Origin: Nitrospiria bacterium
GTDB taxonomy: Bacteria; Nitrospirota; Nitrospiria; SBBL01; JAADHI01
Assembly: GCA_046756925.1 (NCBI GenBank)
Contig: JBHHXH010000001.1
Span: 20,337 to 84,336, forward strand
Length of the DNA: 64,000 nt
Direction: 5' to 3'
Of this stretch, positions 9,207 through 17,643 are shown one piece after another (position 1 is the stretch's first letter; every line of letters starts with the position of its first letter). A program made the position numbers and the translations under genes. The notes beneath the pieces were generated by a model, which was given only the letters and a program-made list of their open reading frames with translations, made no database searches and was not told where the DNA came from.

Positions 9207-10388
9207 ATGAAGAGATCGAAAAAGGAAGCAGTCAAAACCGTCGAATCGAAGTTGCGCGCGGCGGGTTGGTTGATTCAAGACGCGGACGATCTGAAGATTC
9301 CTTCGTTCGGAGGGCTGTCGGTTTGTGATGTGCGCTTGTCACGCAATTACGGTATGGCCGACATGCTCCTCTACGTTGATGGCAAAGTCGCGGGATTGAT
9401 CGAGATCGATACCCAAAGCAATGTCTTATTTGGCGTCGATCCCCAAATAGAAAAATACCGACTTGGACTCCCGATCATCTTGCCCGTCTATACCCGGCCC
9501 CTGCCTTTTTTGTATCAGAGCAATGGCGAAGAAATCCGATTCACCAACGCCTTCGATGCCGAGCCGCGAGCGCGAGCGCTCTTTGCCTTTCACAAACCGG
9601 AAACTTTGAAAGCATGGCTGGAAGACGGGATGATCGGCAGCATGCCGCGGGATATGGCGGCCGCGGAATCCATAGAGCATGGCCGACGCGGCGCGACCCT
9701 ACAGGAGCGTTTGTGGATCAATATGCCGCCGCTCATTGAGGATGGGCTTTCGCTGATCCAATGCGACGCCATCAATGCCTTGGAGCAGTCGCTCAAAAAA
9801 AATAATCCGCGCGTGCTCATTCAAATGAAAGATGCAACCGAGAGAAAGGCAACCGCTCTTCATTTGATCAATCGACTGATTCGTTTCGCCGACGCGCGCC
9901 GCGTGCTTTATCTCGTGAATTCGGAAAATATTGGCCGCGAGATCCACAAACGATTTCAAGATTGCGTTTCGCCTTACGACAAAAAGGCCTTGACACAAAC
10001 CTTGCCTGTTCAGCATGTAACAGACAACCAACTGGATTTGAACGCACGGATATGCATCGCAACACTACCGCGCATGTATGACCTATTGACCAATGAAACC
10101 ATGAATGAAAAAGGAAGTGAAAAATCGCCGGAAGAAATTCTCGAAACGGTCGCCCCCCTTCAATACAATCCCGACATCCCCATCGGAACCTTCGATATCG
10201 TCGTCATCGACACCTGCAGTGCTCCCCTTACACGGCACTTTAGGCGAGTACTGGGGTATTTCGATGCCTATGTAATTGGCATGAGCGGAAAAGCGGATGA
10301 GAAGACGGTTGAGTTGTTTGACGGGAATTTGTTACTGGGCGATGAAAAGGATGAAAACGGTGGGCTAGTTGTGATTTCTGAGGTGTAG
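9207..10388 (+). CDS. HsdR-N / SF2-helicase-like protein with degenerate catalytic motifs (probable pseudoenzyme or eroded restriction subunit)
   Basis: The N-terminus resembles the type I restriction R-subunit nuclease domain (ADMLLYVDGKVAGLIEID). It is followed by one RecA-like lobe in which the Walker A position reads LIQMKDATERKATAL and the DEAH position reads FDIVVIDTCS. The protein ends after lobe 1 at 393 aa. Confidence 0.55.
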   Translation: MKRSKKEAVKTVESKLRAAGWLIQDADDLKIPSFGGLSVCDVRLSRNYGMADMLLYVDGKVAGLIEIDTQSNVLFGVDPQIEKYRLGLPIILPVYTRPLPFLYQSNGEEIRFTNAFDAEPRARALFAFHKPETLKAWLEDGMIGSMPRDMAAAESIEHGRRGATLQERLWINMPPLIEDGLSLIQCDAINALEQSLKKNNPRVLIQMKDATERKATALHLINRLIRFADARRVLYLVNSENIGREIHKRFQDCVSPYDKKALTQTLPVQHVTDNQLDLNARICIATLPRMYDLLTNETMNEKGSEKSPEEILETVAPLQYNPDIPIGTFDIVVIDTCSAPLTRHFRRVLGYFDAYVIGMSGKADEKTVELFDGNLLLGDEKDENGGLVVISEV

Positions 10389-10519
10389 TATAAGGAACAC
10401 TTCACAGCATCATAAACTGTACTTCTGATTTCAACACAAACTTCAATAATGTAGCTCCAATGCCTAAAAGATGATTATTACAAGATATGTGCTCTTAGAT
10501 AATCTGAAGCGAGATAACA

Positions 10520-11515
10520 TTGTCTTTCTATGATCAAAACGGGTTCACTCCCGCCTGGTGGTGCAGAAACCCTCATCTCCAAACGGTATGGCGCAAGTTT
10601 TTCGGCGAGATCCCAGCTCTTCCCCTCCGTCGCGAGCGCTGGGAGACGCCCGACGACGATTTTCTCGATCTCGATTTTCTCGATCCTACGACTCAAAGCA
10701 ATGAAGTTCCGACGGTTTTGCTGCTTCACGGCTTCGAGGGCTCTTCACAAGCGAAATATATACTGGGCATGCTGCGTTGGATCGGAAAAATGGGATGGCG
10801 CGGGGTCGCCTTGAACTTCCGGTCGTGCAGCGGAGAGATCAATTGGCAGCCGCGCTTCTATCACTCCGGCGAAACGTGCGATCTCGATTGGGTGATCCAA
10901 AAATTAGCGTCGCGTTTTCCGAGCCGATCTCTTCTCATTGTCGGATTTTCCCTAGGTGGCAACGTTCTTTTAAAATGGCTGGGTGAAAAGGGCGAGCGGG
11001 TGTCCGATTCTGTTCGTGCCGCCGTGGCAATCTCCGTGCCCTTCGATTTGGGTGTCGCCGCCCACAATATCGATTCGGGGTTCGGCAAGCTCTACGGGAT
11101 GAACTTCCTGCAAAGCCTGAAGCAAAAGGTCTTAAAAAAAGAGGAGACCCTTCCCGGACTGATCGATCGAAAGAGGGTCCAGCGGATTCGATCCTATATT
11201 GATTTTGAAGACCGGATTTTCGCACCCATCCATCGATTTAAAGACGCAAGGGATTATTGGACGCGCTGTAGCGCCAAACGTTTTTTGGAAGGCGTGCGCC
11301 GGCCCACGCTCATCCTCCACGCCATGGATGACCCCTTTTTACCGGGCACCACGCTTCCGATAGAGCGCATCCGCCAATCCAAATGGCTTGTGGAAAGGAT
11401 GACCGATTTCGGCGGACATGTCGGCTTTGTGGAAGGGGCTTGGCCCTGGCAGCCGCGATATTGGGCAGAAGCGCAGACGATGGGGTTTTTGACGTCCTTC
11501 ATGAGGGGGGATTAA
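10520..11515 (+). CDS. Alpha/beta-fold hydrolase, YheT-like
   Basis: N-terminal PAWWCRNPHLQTVW motif and nucleophile elbow GFSLGGN. TTG start as given in the track. Confidence 0.75.
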   Translation: MSFYDQNGFTPAWWCRNPHLQTVWRKFFGEIPALPLRRERWETPDDDFLDLDFLDPTTQSNEVPTVLLLHGFEGSSQAKYILGMLRWIGKMGWRGVALNFRSCSGEINWQPRFYHSGETCDLDWVIQKLASRFPSRSLLIVGFSLGGNVLLKWLGEKGERVSDSVRAAVAISVPFDLGVAAHNIDSGFGKLYGMNFLQSLKQKVLKKEETLPGLIDRKRVQRIRSYIDFEDRIFAPIHRFKDARDYWTRCSAKRFLEGVRRPTLILHAMDDPFLPGTTLPIERIRQSKWLVERMTDFGGHVGFVEGAWPWQPRYWAEAQTMGFLTSFMRGD

Positions 11516-11521
11516 AGGATA

Positions 11522-11548
11522 TAAAAAAACCGGCCCCGAAGGGCCGGT
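11522..11548 (-). terminator. Intrinsic terminator for the SmbP-like gene
   Basis: Hairpin ACCGGCCC-cgaa-GGGCCGGT, followed on the minus strand by a T7 run (the A-run at 11523-11529 on plus). Confidence 0.55.
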
Positions 11549-11584
11549 GGAATCTCAGACCTGTTTCGTGTTGCCTGCCTCAAT

Positions 11585-12022
11585 TCAGTTCATTTCTTGG
11601 GCGTGTTTTTGGCCCTCCATGGCGTGCAACATGGCGTCTTTCCCATGATCCATCATGATATCGGCATGGCCTTTTTCGCCGTGCTTGATCGCGGTTTTTC
11701 CATGAGAGATGGCTTCCTTCACATGATCCATCGCCTCCGGGCCGTGCATCTTGGTCGCCTTGCTGGCATCCGAGGCGCGGATCCCTTCCACCCCATGGGT
11801 GAGACACTCCTGTGCGTGGTTGACCATGGCTTTAAAATGTTTCAAAGCCACCTTGGGATGGCCTTGGCCGCCATGATCGAGGGCCTTTTCTCCCGAAGCG
11901 ATCATGCCGTTGCAATGATTTTTTGCTTCATCGACGTGCATTTTAGATCCCGCAAAGGCGATCCCGGATAATGTGAAAACAGAAATGACCGCGACAACGG
12001 CCGCAATGAACTGATGACGCAT
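11585..12022 (-). CDS. Small histidine-rich periplasmic metal-binding protein (SmbP-like)
   Basis: Signal peptide followed by repeated His-rich helical motifs (HVDEAKNH, HAQECLTHG, DHVKEAISHGKTAIKHGEKGH). These resemble my recollection of Nitrosomonas SmbP. Confidence 0.65.
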   Translation of the reverse strand: MRHQFIAAVVAVISVFTLSGIAFAGSKMHVDEAKNHCNGMIASGEKALDHGGQGHPKVALKHFKAMVNHAQECLTHGVEGIRASDASKATKMHGPEAMDHVKEAISHGKTAIKHGEKGHADIMMDHGKDAMLHAMEGQKHAQEMN

Positions 12023-12290
12023 CGTTCCTCCTATTGTTTAAACGTCCTGCACCCCTGTCTTCCATTTGAACGGATCGAGGCTATCCTAAATAGTGCAGGT
12101 TTTCGGTGAGAAAAGCTTCGCTGGGAAAGGTCTTCCATATGAGAAGCACCCATGTTATTGGAAATGAACCTCTTTCGAATCTAGCATTTTGGCATTGCGG
12201 AGTCAAGCGAGTGTCCTTTATGATGAGATACGAATCGATGGAGAAATCAGGAGAACACGACAATGAAAACGCTTGGAAAAAGGAGAGAGC

Positions 12291-12620
12291 ATGCCCCAGG
12301 AATCATCCGTTCCTGTCGAGATTGAAAAGATCGGACAAGAGGAAATTCGAATCCGCTGGCAAGACGGGCATGTCTCGAATTACCGAAACACCACTCTGCG
12401 CGAGCAATGTCAATGCGCCTCCTGTGTCGATGAGTGGAGCGGTCAAAAACGGATCGCTCCTGGGCAAATTTCCAAAGATATCGTCTCGACGGAGATCAAG
12501 GCGGTGGGGCATTATGCCGTATCGATCCATTGGAGCGACGGACACGATACGGGGATTTATCCTTTCGACCAACTCAGACGGATCTGCCCCTGTCAGGAAT
12601 GTCGGGCAAGCATGGCCTAA
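12291..12620 (+). CDS. DUF971 (gamma-butyrobetaine hydroxylase N-terminal-like) domain protein
   Basis: IRWQDGH...LREQCQCASC...HWSDGHDTGIYPF...CPCQEC pattern. Start moved to ATG 12291, which follows the RBS AAGGAGAG. Confidence 0.7.
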   Translation: MPQESSVPVEIEKIGQEEIRIRWQDGHVSNYRNTTLREQCQCASCVDEWSGQKRIAPGQISKDIVSTEIKAVGHYAVSIHWSDGHDTGIYPFDQLRRICPCQECRASMA

Positions 12621-12665
12621 GCCGCCCAAGCTCCTATTGGATGCCCTTATTGTATTGGATCGGGG

Positions 12666-13433
12666 CTATTTTCGTTTTTCGCCCTCGAGCGATTTGGCGC
12701 AGCGAAAGCCGTTGTCCGGCCCGGAGATGTGGGGACGGTTGTAGTTTCGAAAGGTCGTCTGAGCGAACATTTCGTCGGCAAAGTGCCGGTTGACGTTGAA
12801 GGACCCTCCTCTCACCACCTTCTGAAAGATGCCGTAGTCCGCAGACTTGTAGGTATTGCCGGGATAGGCGCGATACCAACTGTCGGTCCATTCCGAAACG
12901 TTTCCCGCCATGTCGAACACCCCATAGGGACTTCGATCTCCCGGCATGGAACCCACCGCCTTGGGTGCGGCGCCCGTATTGGCACGTTTCGAATCGAAGT
13001 GATTTCCCCAAGGATAGCTTCGTCCGTCTTCGCCCCGGGCGGCTTTTTCCCACTCCGCCTCTGTCGGCAAGCGCTTGCCGAGGGCACGGCAGTAATTATC
13101 CGCGTCGGTCCAGGTCACGTTCGTAACCGGCATTTCCGAAGTCCGATCCGGAAGCCGGTGCGTCTCATCGAATTTTAAATAGGCGCCATAGGTGACTTCA
13201 TACCGGTCGATGAAGTAGGAAGGCAGTATGATCCGATGTTTCGGAGCGGCATCTTCTTGGCCCCAAGGGGTGTCCGCCGGCAGTTCGTCCAGCCCCATCC
13301 AGAAGGGGCCGACGGGGATCAGGACCATATCGTCCGGTGGCTGCACCTCTTCCTTTGCGGACCATGACACGTCGGCAAGCAAGGGGAGGATGGAAAAACA
13401 GAGTCCCAATATGAGGCGGCGGATCAACATCAT
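12666..13433 (-). CDS. Formylglycine-generating enzyme family (FGE-sulfatase domain) protein, secreted
   Basis: Signal peptide. Motifs RYEVTYGAYLKF, PVTNVTWTDADNYC, LPTEAEWEKAARG, GNVSEWT and RGGSF. Confidence 0.8.
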   Translation of the reverse strand: MMLIRRLILGLCFSILPLLADVSWSAKEEVQPPDDMVLIPVGPFWMGLDELPADTPWGQEDAAPKHRIILPSYFIDRYEVTYGAYLKFDETHRLPDRTSEMPVTNVTWTDADNYCRALGKRLPTEAEWEKAARGEDGRSYPWGNHFDSKRANTGAAPKAVGSMPGDRSPYGVFDMAGNVSEWTDSWYRAYPGNTYKSADYGIFQKVVRGGSFNVNRHFADEMFAQTTFRNYNRPHISGPDNGFRCAKSLEGEKRK

Positions 13434-13546
13434 CGGCCGATTTTAAAATCGGATACGTCGAATGTCAACCGACCCATCTTCCGGATTGCTTTGCATCTAA
13501 AGGTCTGCAGCGATATAATTTTAAGAACAGAATACAGGCACAAACC

Positions 13547-14164
13547 ATGACGATGACAACCGGCTATTCTTTTGGAGATCCGGTCATCGATCCTCTCATT
13601 GCCGTCTACTTTCAAAAAAATGAAGCGGCGCAAACCTTTGCGAGGATCGCCGGTCGAGAGGGCTGGCCCTTTAAAATCGACCATATCGCCCTCCGTTGTT
13701 TGAATATCGATCGCCGTGCGGCGCCCTTTTTGGCGGGAGGCTATGTTTTCGAGGGCGAAACGGTGGAATACCCCGCTCAAGGCTGGTGGGCGAAAATTTA
13801 CCGAAAGCCGGGCCTCCCTGCCCTCTTTGTCGATCAGGCTTATGAAGACGTCCGCGGACAACGGAGCATCATCCCCCATTGGGTCGGAATATTCGGCGAT
13901 ACACCCCTGCACCATGCGGCGGTTCTTGTTGAAGAGATCGATCGGGCGATTACGATATTGCAACAGGCCGGCGTGGCGTTTTCCGGGCCGGTGATCGGCA
14001 GCCCTGGCTCTCGGCTTCGGCAAATCTTCAGTGCGGCGGAAGTTCGGGCCGGCGCGGCCTACACTGTACTCGAGTTGACGGAACGAAATGGCTATGACGG
14101 TTTTTACGCCGATCAGGCCAATCGGCTGATGCAGTCTTCCGGTAAGTTAAAATCCAAGAAATAA
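13547..14164 (+). CDS. Hypothetical protein (possible VOC/DUF1338-like metalloenzyme fold)
   Basis: 205-aa ORF with IDHIALRC and HHAAVLVEEID segments. Family assignment is uncertain. Confidence 0.4.
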   Translation: MTMTTGYSFGDPVIDPLIAVYFQKNEAAQTFARIAGREGWPFKIDHIALRCLNIDRRAAPFLAGGYVFEGETVEYPAQGWWAKIYRKPGLPALFVDQAYEDVRGQRSIIPHWVGIFGDTPLHHAAVLVEEIDRAITILQQAGVAFSGPVIGSPGSRLRQIFSAAEVRAGAAYTVLELTERNGYDGFYADQANRLMQSSGKLKSKK

Positions 14165-14253
14165 AGGATGCGCTCACCCGATGACATTGCTCGCGTCCCT
14201 TTGGGGAACCGTGCACAAAGGTCTTTTCAGGGCGGGGTCGAGCCCATCGCGGA

Positions 14254-15009
14254 TCAATCGAGGACCGGATCTTCTTCAATCTTTACGATCACGTCTTTCG
14301 GCAGCATCGCGATCAAGCACGCTTTTGCCCTGTCCATGTAATCCTTGTCCTTCGATTCCAGGGTCAGAACAATGCGATGGTCGGGTTGCCGCCATTTTGG
14401 ATAAGAGCCAAGGAGAAGGTCCGGGTACTGCCTTAAGACCTCCCTTAATCGGTCCGCGATGGCATATTCTCTTTCGGAGAGAAAAATTTTCGTGAGATGA
14501 AACGGTCTTCCTCTAAAGCGTTCCTTGACGGCGGAAAACTTTTTGACCAGGAGGTCCGGGATGCCGGGAAAAATAAAAATGTTTTCATAATGGAGGACTG
14601 GAAACCGCAGCCCCTCGGCAAAGATCAATTCCGTTCCATCCGGGACCTCGGCCAAACGCGCTTGGGCCACGCGATACCCTGGTTGATTGGCTTGGGCGAT
14701 CAACTCGATCAACACGGGATGTTGTATCAAGGGTTTGCCCACCCCCAGCGCGACCCCGGCCATCGTCACATCGTCGGGGGTCGGGCCGATACCACCGGAA
14801 GTAAAGATCAGGTCCACCCGTTTCCGGCCGTTGCGGATTTCCTCGGCGATCCGCTCGACATCGTCGGGAATGATCACCACCCCTTCGACAGCCACCCCCA
14901 GGGCCCGGAGTTCCCGCGTTAAAAAAACGGCGTTTTTGTCCGCCGTTTTTCCCGAAAGGACTTCGTTCCCGATGATGACGATCATCGCGTTGTTGTCCTT
15001 CTGTGTCAT
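14254..15009 (-). CDS. CinA-like molybdopterin-binding (MoCF_biosynth) domain protein
   Basis: MIVIIGNEVLSGKTADKN...LIFTSGGIGPTPDDVT. I trimmed the track ORF (to 15225) to ATG 15009, because the upstream 72 codons overlap another gene and look non-coding. Confidence 0.7.
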   Translation of the reverse strand: MTQKDNNAMIVIIGNEVLSGKTADKNAVFLTRELRALGVAVEGVVIIPDDVERIAEEIRNGRKRVDLIFTSGGIGPTPDDVTMAGVALGVGKPLIQHPVLIELIAQANQPGYRVAQARLAEVPDGTELIFAEGLRFPVLHYENIFIFPGIPDLLVKKFSAVKERFRGRPFHLTKIFLSEREYAIADRLREVLRQYPDLLLGSYPKWRQPDHRIVLTLESKDKDYMDRAKACLIAMLPKDVIVKIEEDPVLD

Positions 15010-15025
15010 GATGGGATGGGATCGG

Positions 15026-15229
15026 TCATTCGTTTTCCTCCCAACGGTCCTCCAAGGCTTCTCCGCATTGCTCGCATGTGGTTTTCTCGTAGTGATTCGA
15101 ATGCTTGCAGGCAGGACAAATCTTGTCCTCGAAACCGGGCGGCGCGCCGCGAAGCGTCTTGAGGCCCAGTAAAATGCCGCAAATCGCAAGGAAGGAAAAT
15201 AAAACGGCTTGAAAAAGCGGATCACCCAT
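15026..15229 (-). CDS. Small membrane-anchored zinc-ribbon protein
   Basis: 67 aa with one hydrophobic helix and CPAC...CEQC. It is packed 6 nt after the mogA-like stop and 16 nt before the cinA-like start. Confidence 0.45.
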   Translation of the reverse strand: MGDPLFQAVLFSFLAICGILLGLKTLRGAPPGFEDKICPACKHSNHYEKTTCEQCGEALEDRWEENE

Positions 15230-15235
15230 TTTGGC

Positions 15236-15715
15236 TCATGCGTCTCTGGGACGAATCATGTGAATCAGATGAGGAATCTCGTTGAGGATCACTTCGAGGT
15301 TTTCACATGCCGGGCCGGGACTGCCGGGCAGGTTGATGATGAGGGTGTCGTTTCGGATGCCGGAAACAGCGCGGGAGATAATGGCTTTCTTTGTTTTTTT
15401 CCGAAAGACTTCGTGACGCATCATGTCGCACAAGGCAGGCACCTCCCGATCGATCACATCCAAGGTTGCATCCGGCGTGCAGTCCTGCCTGCCCAGTCCG
15501 GATCCGCCGGCCGTCAATATGAGGTCGAGTTTTGCCTGATGAACCCAGGCGATCAGTTTGTCACGAATCCGTCCCCCGTCGGCATCGATGACTTCGGTCA
15601 CATAAACCTTTCCTCCTGTGTCCGTAATCATTTTCGATAATTGCATGGTGACACGGTCCTCACCGTGAAGAATGCCCTTTTCTTTAATCGATAAGATACC
15701 GGCTGTCCATTCCAA
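15236..15715 (-). CDS. Molybdenum cofactor biosynthesis protein MogA/MoaB family
   Basis: LILTAGGSGLGRQDCTPDAT and SRAVSGIRNDTLIINLPGSP. Probable TTG start at 15715, 5 nt after the RBS GGAAGGAGGGG (the track start is 15796). Confidence 0.72.
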   Translation of the reverse strand: MEWTAGILSIKEKGILHGEDRVTMQLSKMITDTGGKVYVTEVIDADGGRIRDKLIAWVHQAKLDLILTAGGSGLGRQDCTPDATLDVIDREVPALCDMMRHEVFRKKTKKAIISRAVSGIRNDTLIINLPGSPGPACENLEVILNEIPHLIHMIRPRDA

Positions 15716-15948
15716 TGGTACCCCTCCTTCCGAATTCAAATAACTATAAACCAGAATCTCTGAAAATCCAACTGTTTTATGGCCTAAGAACCTCAAACGC
15801 CGAATTTGAACACCGCTTCAATCCGACTTCCGGCTTGACTCGGCTTGAATAGAAGCGGTGTTCATGATATTAATTCGTCTCGATTTCGTTCCGAATGGTT
15901 CGAAACAGTGCGGCCGAAGACAAGACGGCCTCAATAGGAGGATGCATC

Positions 15949-16932
15949 GTGCCCGAGGATGACCCCATACAATCCGCACGAAAATGTTTTTTTTCGGCTT
16001 TTTCAAAAGATTCCACGGCGTCTGAAACGCTTCCCCTCGGACGCGCGAAGGACCGGGTCCTGGCCTCCGATCTGGAAGCGGCCATAGACGATCCGCCCTA
16101 TGGCCGCTCGATCATGGAAGGCTATGTCGCCTATGTTTCGGATTTAGAAGCCGCTTCCGAGTCGGCGCCCGTAACGCTTGAGGTCGCCGGAGCCATCCCG
16201 GTCGGGCAAGGACATGCCGAGGGCTTGGCCGAAGGAAAGGTGCTGCAAGTCAACACCGGGAGCTTTATTCCACAGGGCGGATTCGGTGTGCTGCGCGCCT
16301 GGGATGTCGAGCAACAAGGAAAGCGGATCATCGTTTCTAAGCCCTTGAAAAAAAAAGAAAACATCGAGGTCCAAGGGGAAATACGGGCGAAAGGAACCCC
16401 GCTGTTGGGCAAAGGACACCGGGTGAATTCGGACGATATTTTTTTATTGGCCAGCCAGGGGATGACCGAGGTTTCGGTCGCCTGCCGTCCTAAGGTGGCC
16501 CTTTTCTCCTCGGGTAACGAAGTCATTCCGCCGGATGCCCCCTTTCAGGTCGGCGGCATTTGGGATTGCAACCAATACGGGCTTGCAAGCCTGATCGAAG
16601 AAGCCGGCGGCATTCCGGAGTTTAAGGGAATCATGAAGGATGATTTTTCCGGCTTCGTCAAGGCCTTAAAAGCAGCCCTCGAAACCGCGGACATGATTGT
16701 GATTTCCGGCGGCACCGTGGCGGAAAATCGGGCCTTCTCCGCCGATCTTCTCGATGCGGTCGGCCCGCCAGGCACAGTGGTCCAAGGAATCCCCATGCGA
16801 TCCGGAAAACCGATCGTGCTCGGCGTCTCGGGAGGCAAACCCATTGTCTGCGTGGCCGGACATCCGCCGGAAGCCGCCCGAGGGTTTCGGCTCTTTGGTC
16901 TCCCGGCCATCGAATATTTAATGGGCAAATAA
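15949..16932 (+). CDS. MoeA-like molybdopterin molybdenumtransferase lacking the C-terminal domain IV
   Basis: MoeA N-terminal region (DDPPYGRSIMEGYV) and MoCF domain (MIVISGGT...GKPIVLG...VAGHP). Probable GTG start at 15949 after the RBS TAGGAGGA. The protein ends right after domain III. Confidence 0.72.
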   Translation: MPEDDPIQSARKCFFSAFSKDSTASETLPLGRAKDRVLASDLEAAIDDPPYGRSIMEGYVAYVSDLEAASESAPVTLEVAGAIPVGQGHAEGLAEGKVLQVNTGSFIPQGGFGVLRAWDVEQQGKRIIVSKPLKKKENIEVQGEIRAKGTPLLGKGHRVNSDDIFLLASQGMTEVSVACRPKVALFSSGNEVIPPDAPFQVGGIWDCNQYGLASLIEEAGGIPEFKGIMKDDFSGFVKALKAALETADMIVISGGTVAENRAFSADLLDAVGPPGTVVQGIPMRSGKPIVLGVSGGKPIVCVAGHPPEAARGFRLFGLPAIEYLMGK

Positions 16933-16942
16933 ATATAAGGGG

Positions 16943-17311
16943 TTGATTGATATGGAAACCTGGAAATCAATGATCGAAGCCGCCAAGCGGGAAATCGCCT
17001 TGCTCGGCATTACGGATGTACAAGAGAAGCGCGACAATCATGAAGACTTTATACTGGTCGATTGCCGTGAAAAAGACGAATACCAACTCGGTCACATCCC
17101 CAACGCCCTTTTTATTCCCCGGGGCGTGCTCGAAATGACGATCGAACGACAGGCCCCGGATCGCGACAAACCCATTGTGGTCTATTGCGCCGGCGGCGGC
17201 AGGAGCGCGATGGCGGCCTTCGCCTTAAAGAAAATGGGCTACAAAGATGTGGCCTCGATGGAAGGGGGATTTGAAGCCTGGAAGCGGTCCAGCCTCCCCG
17301 TCGAAAAATAA
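16943..17311 (+). CDS. Rhodanese-domain sulfurtransferase
   Basis: 122 aa. GHIPNALFIPRG and the active-site loop VVYCAGGGRS. Confidence 0.8.
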   Translation: MIDMETWKSMIEAAKREIALLGITDVQEKRDNHEDFILVDCREKDEYQLGHIPNALFIPRGVLEMTIERQAPDRDKPIVVYCAGGGRSAMAAFALKKMGYKDVASMEGGFEAWKRSSLPVEK

Positions 17312-17313
17312 GC

Positions 17314-17643
17314 ATGGGAAAATATCGGCACCACGTCTTTGTCTGCATCAACGAAAGGGACGCAAACGACCCCAGGGGCTGCTGTGCGGCCAAGGGCTCC
17401 TTCGAGATACGGGATGCTTTTAAAGAGGAAATTTTTAAGCGGGGCCTGAAGGGGATTGTCCGGGCGAATCAAGCGGGCTGTCTCGATGCCTGCGTGTTCG
17501 GCCCCTCGGTGGTTGTCTATCCCGGAGGCACATGGTACCGCGTCAAAAACCGGGAGGATGTGCTCGAAGTGGTGGAGAAGCATCTCGAAGGTGGGAAAAT
17601 CGTTGAAAGTCTTTTGATTCCTCGATCATGGGCAAAAGGATGA
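17314..17643 (+). CDS. Thioredoxin-like [2Fe-2S] ferredoxin
   Basis: HHVFVCINERD...GCCAAKGS...AGCLDACVFGPSVVVYP pattern. Confidence 0.75.
   Translation: MGKYRHHVFVCINERDANDPRGCCAAKGSFEIRDAFKEEIFKRGLKGIVRANQAGCLDACVFGPSVVVYPGGTWYRVKNREDVLEVVEKHLEGGKIVESLLIPRSWAKG

Noticed and set aside
14254-15225. A 5' extension of the cinA-like ORF (72 extra codons), and similar extensions of the radical-SAM ORF (21914-22039), the E1-alpha ORF (9000-9071) and the argJ ORF (61205-61258)
   Set aside because: The extensions are basic or low-complexity, overlap neighbouring genes or RBS-containing spacers, and precede internal starts that match the expected family N-termini.
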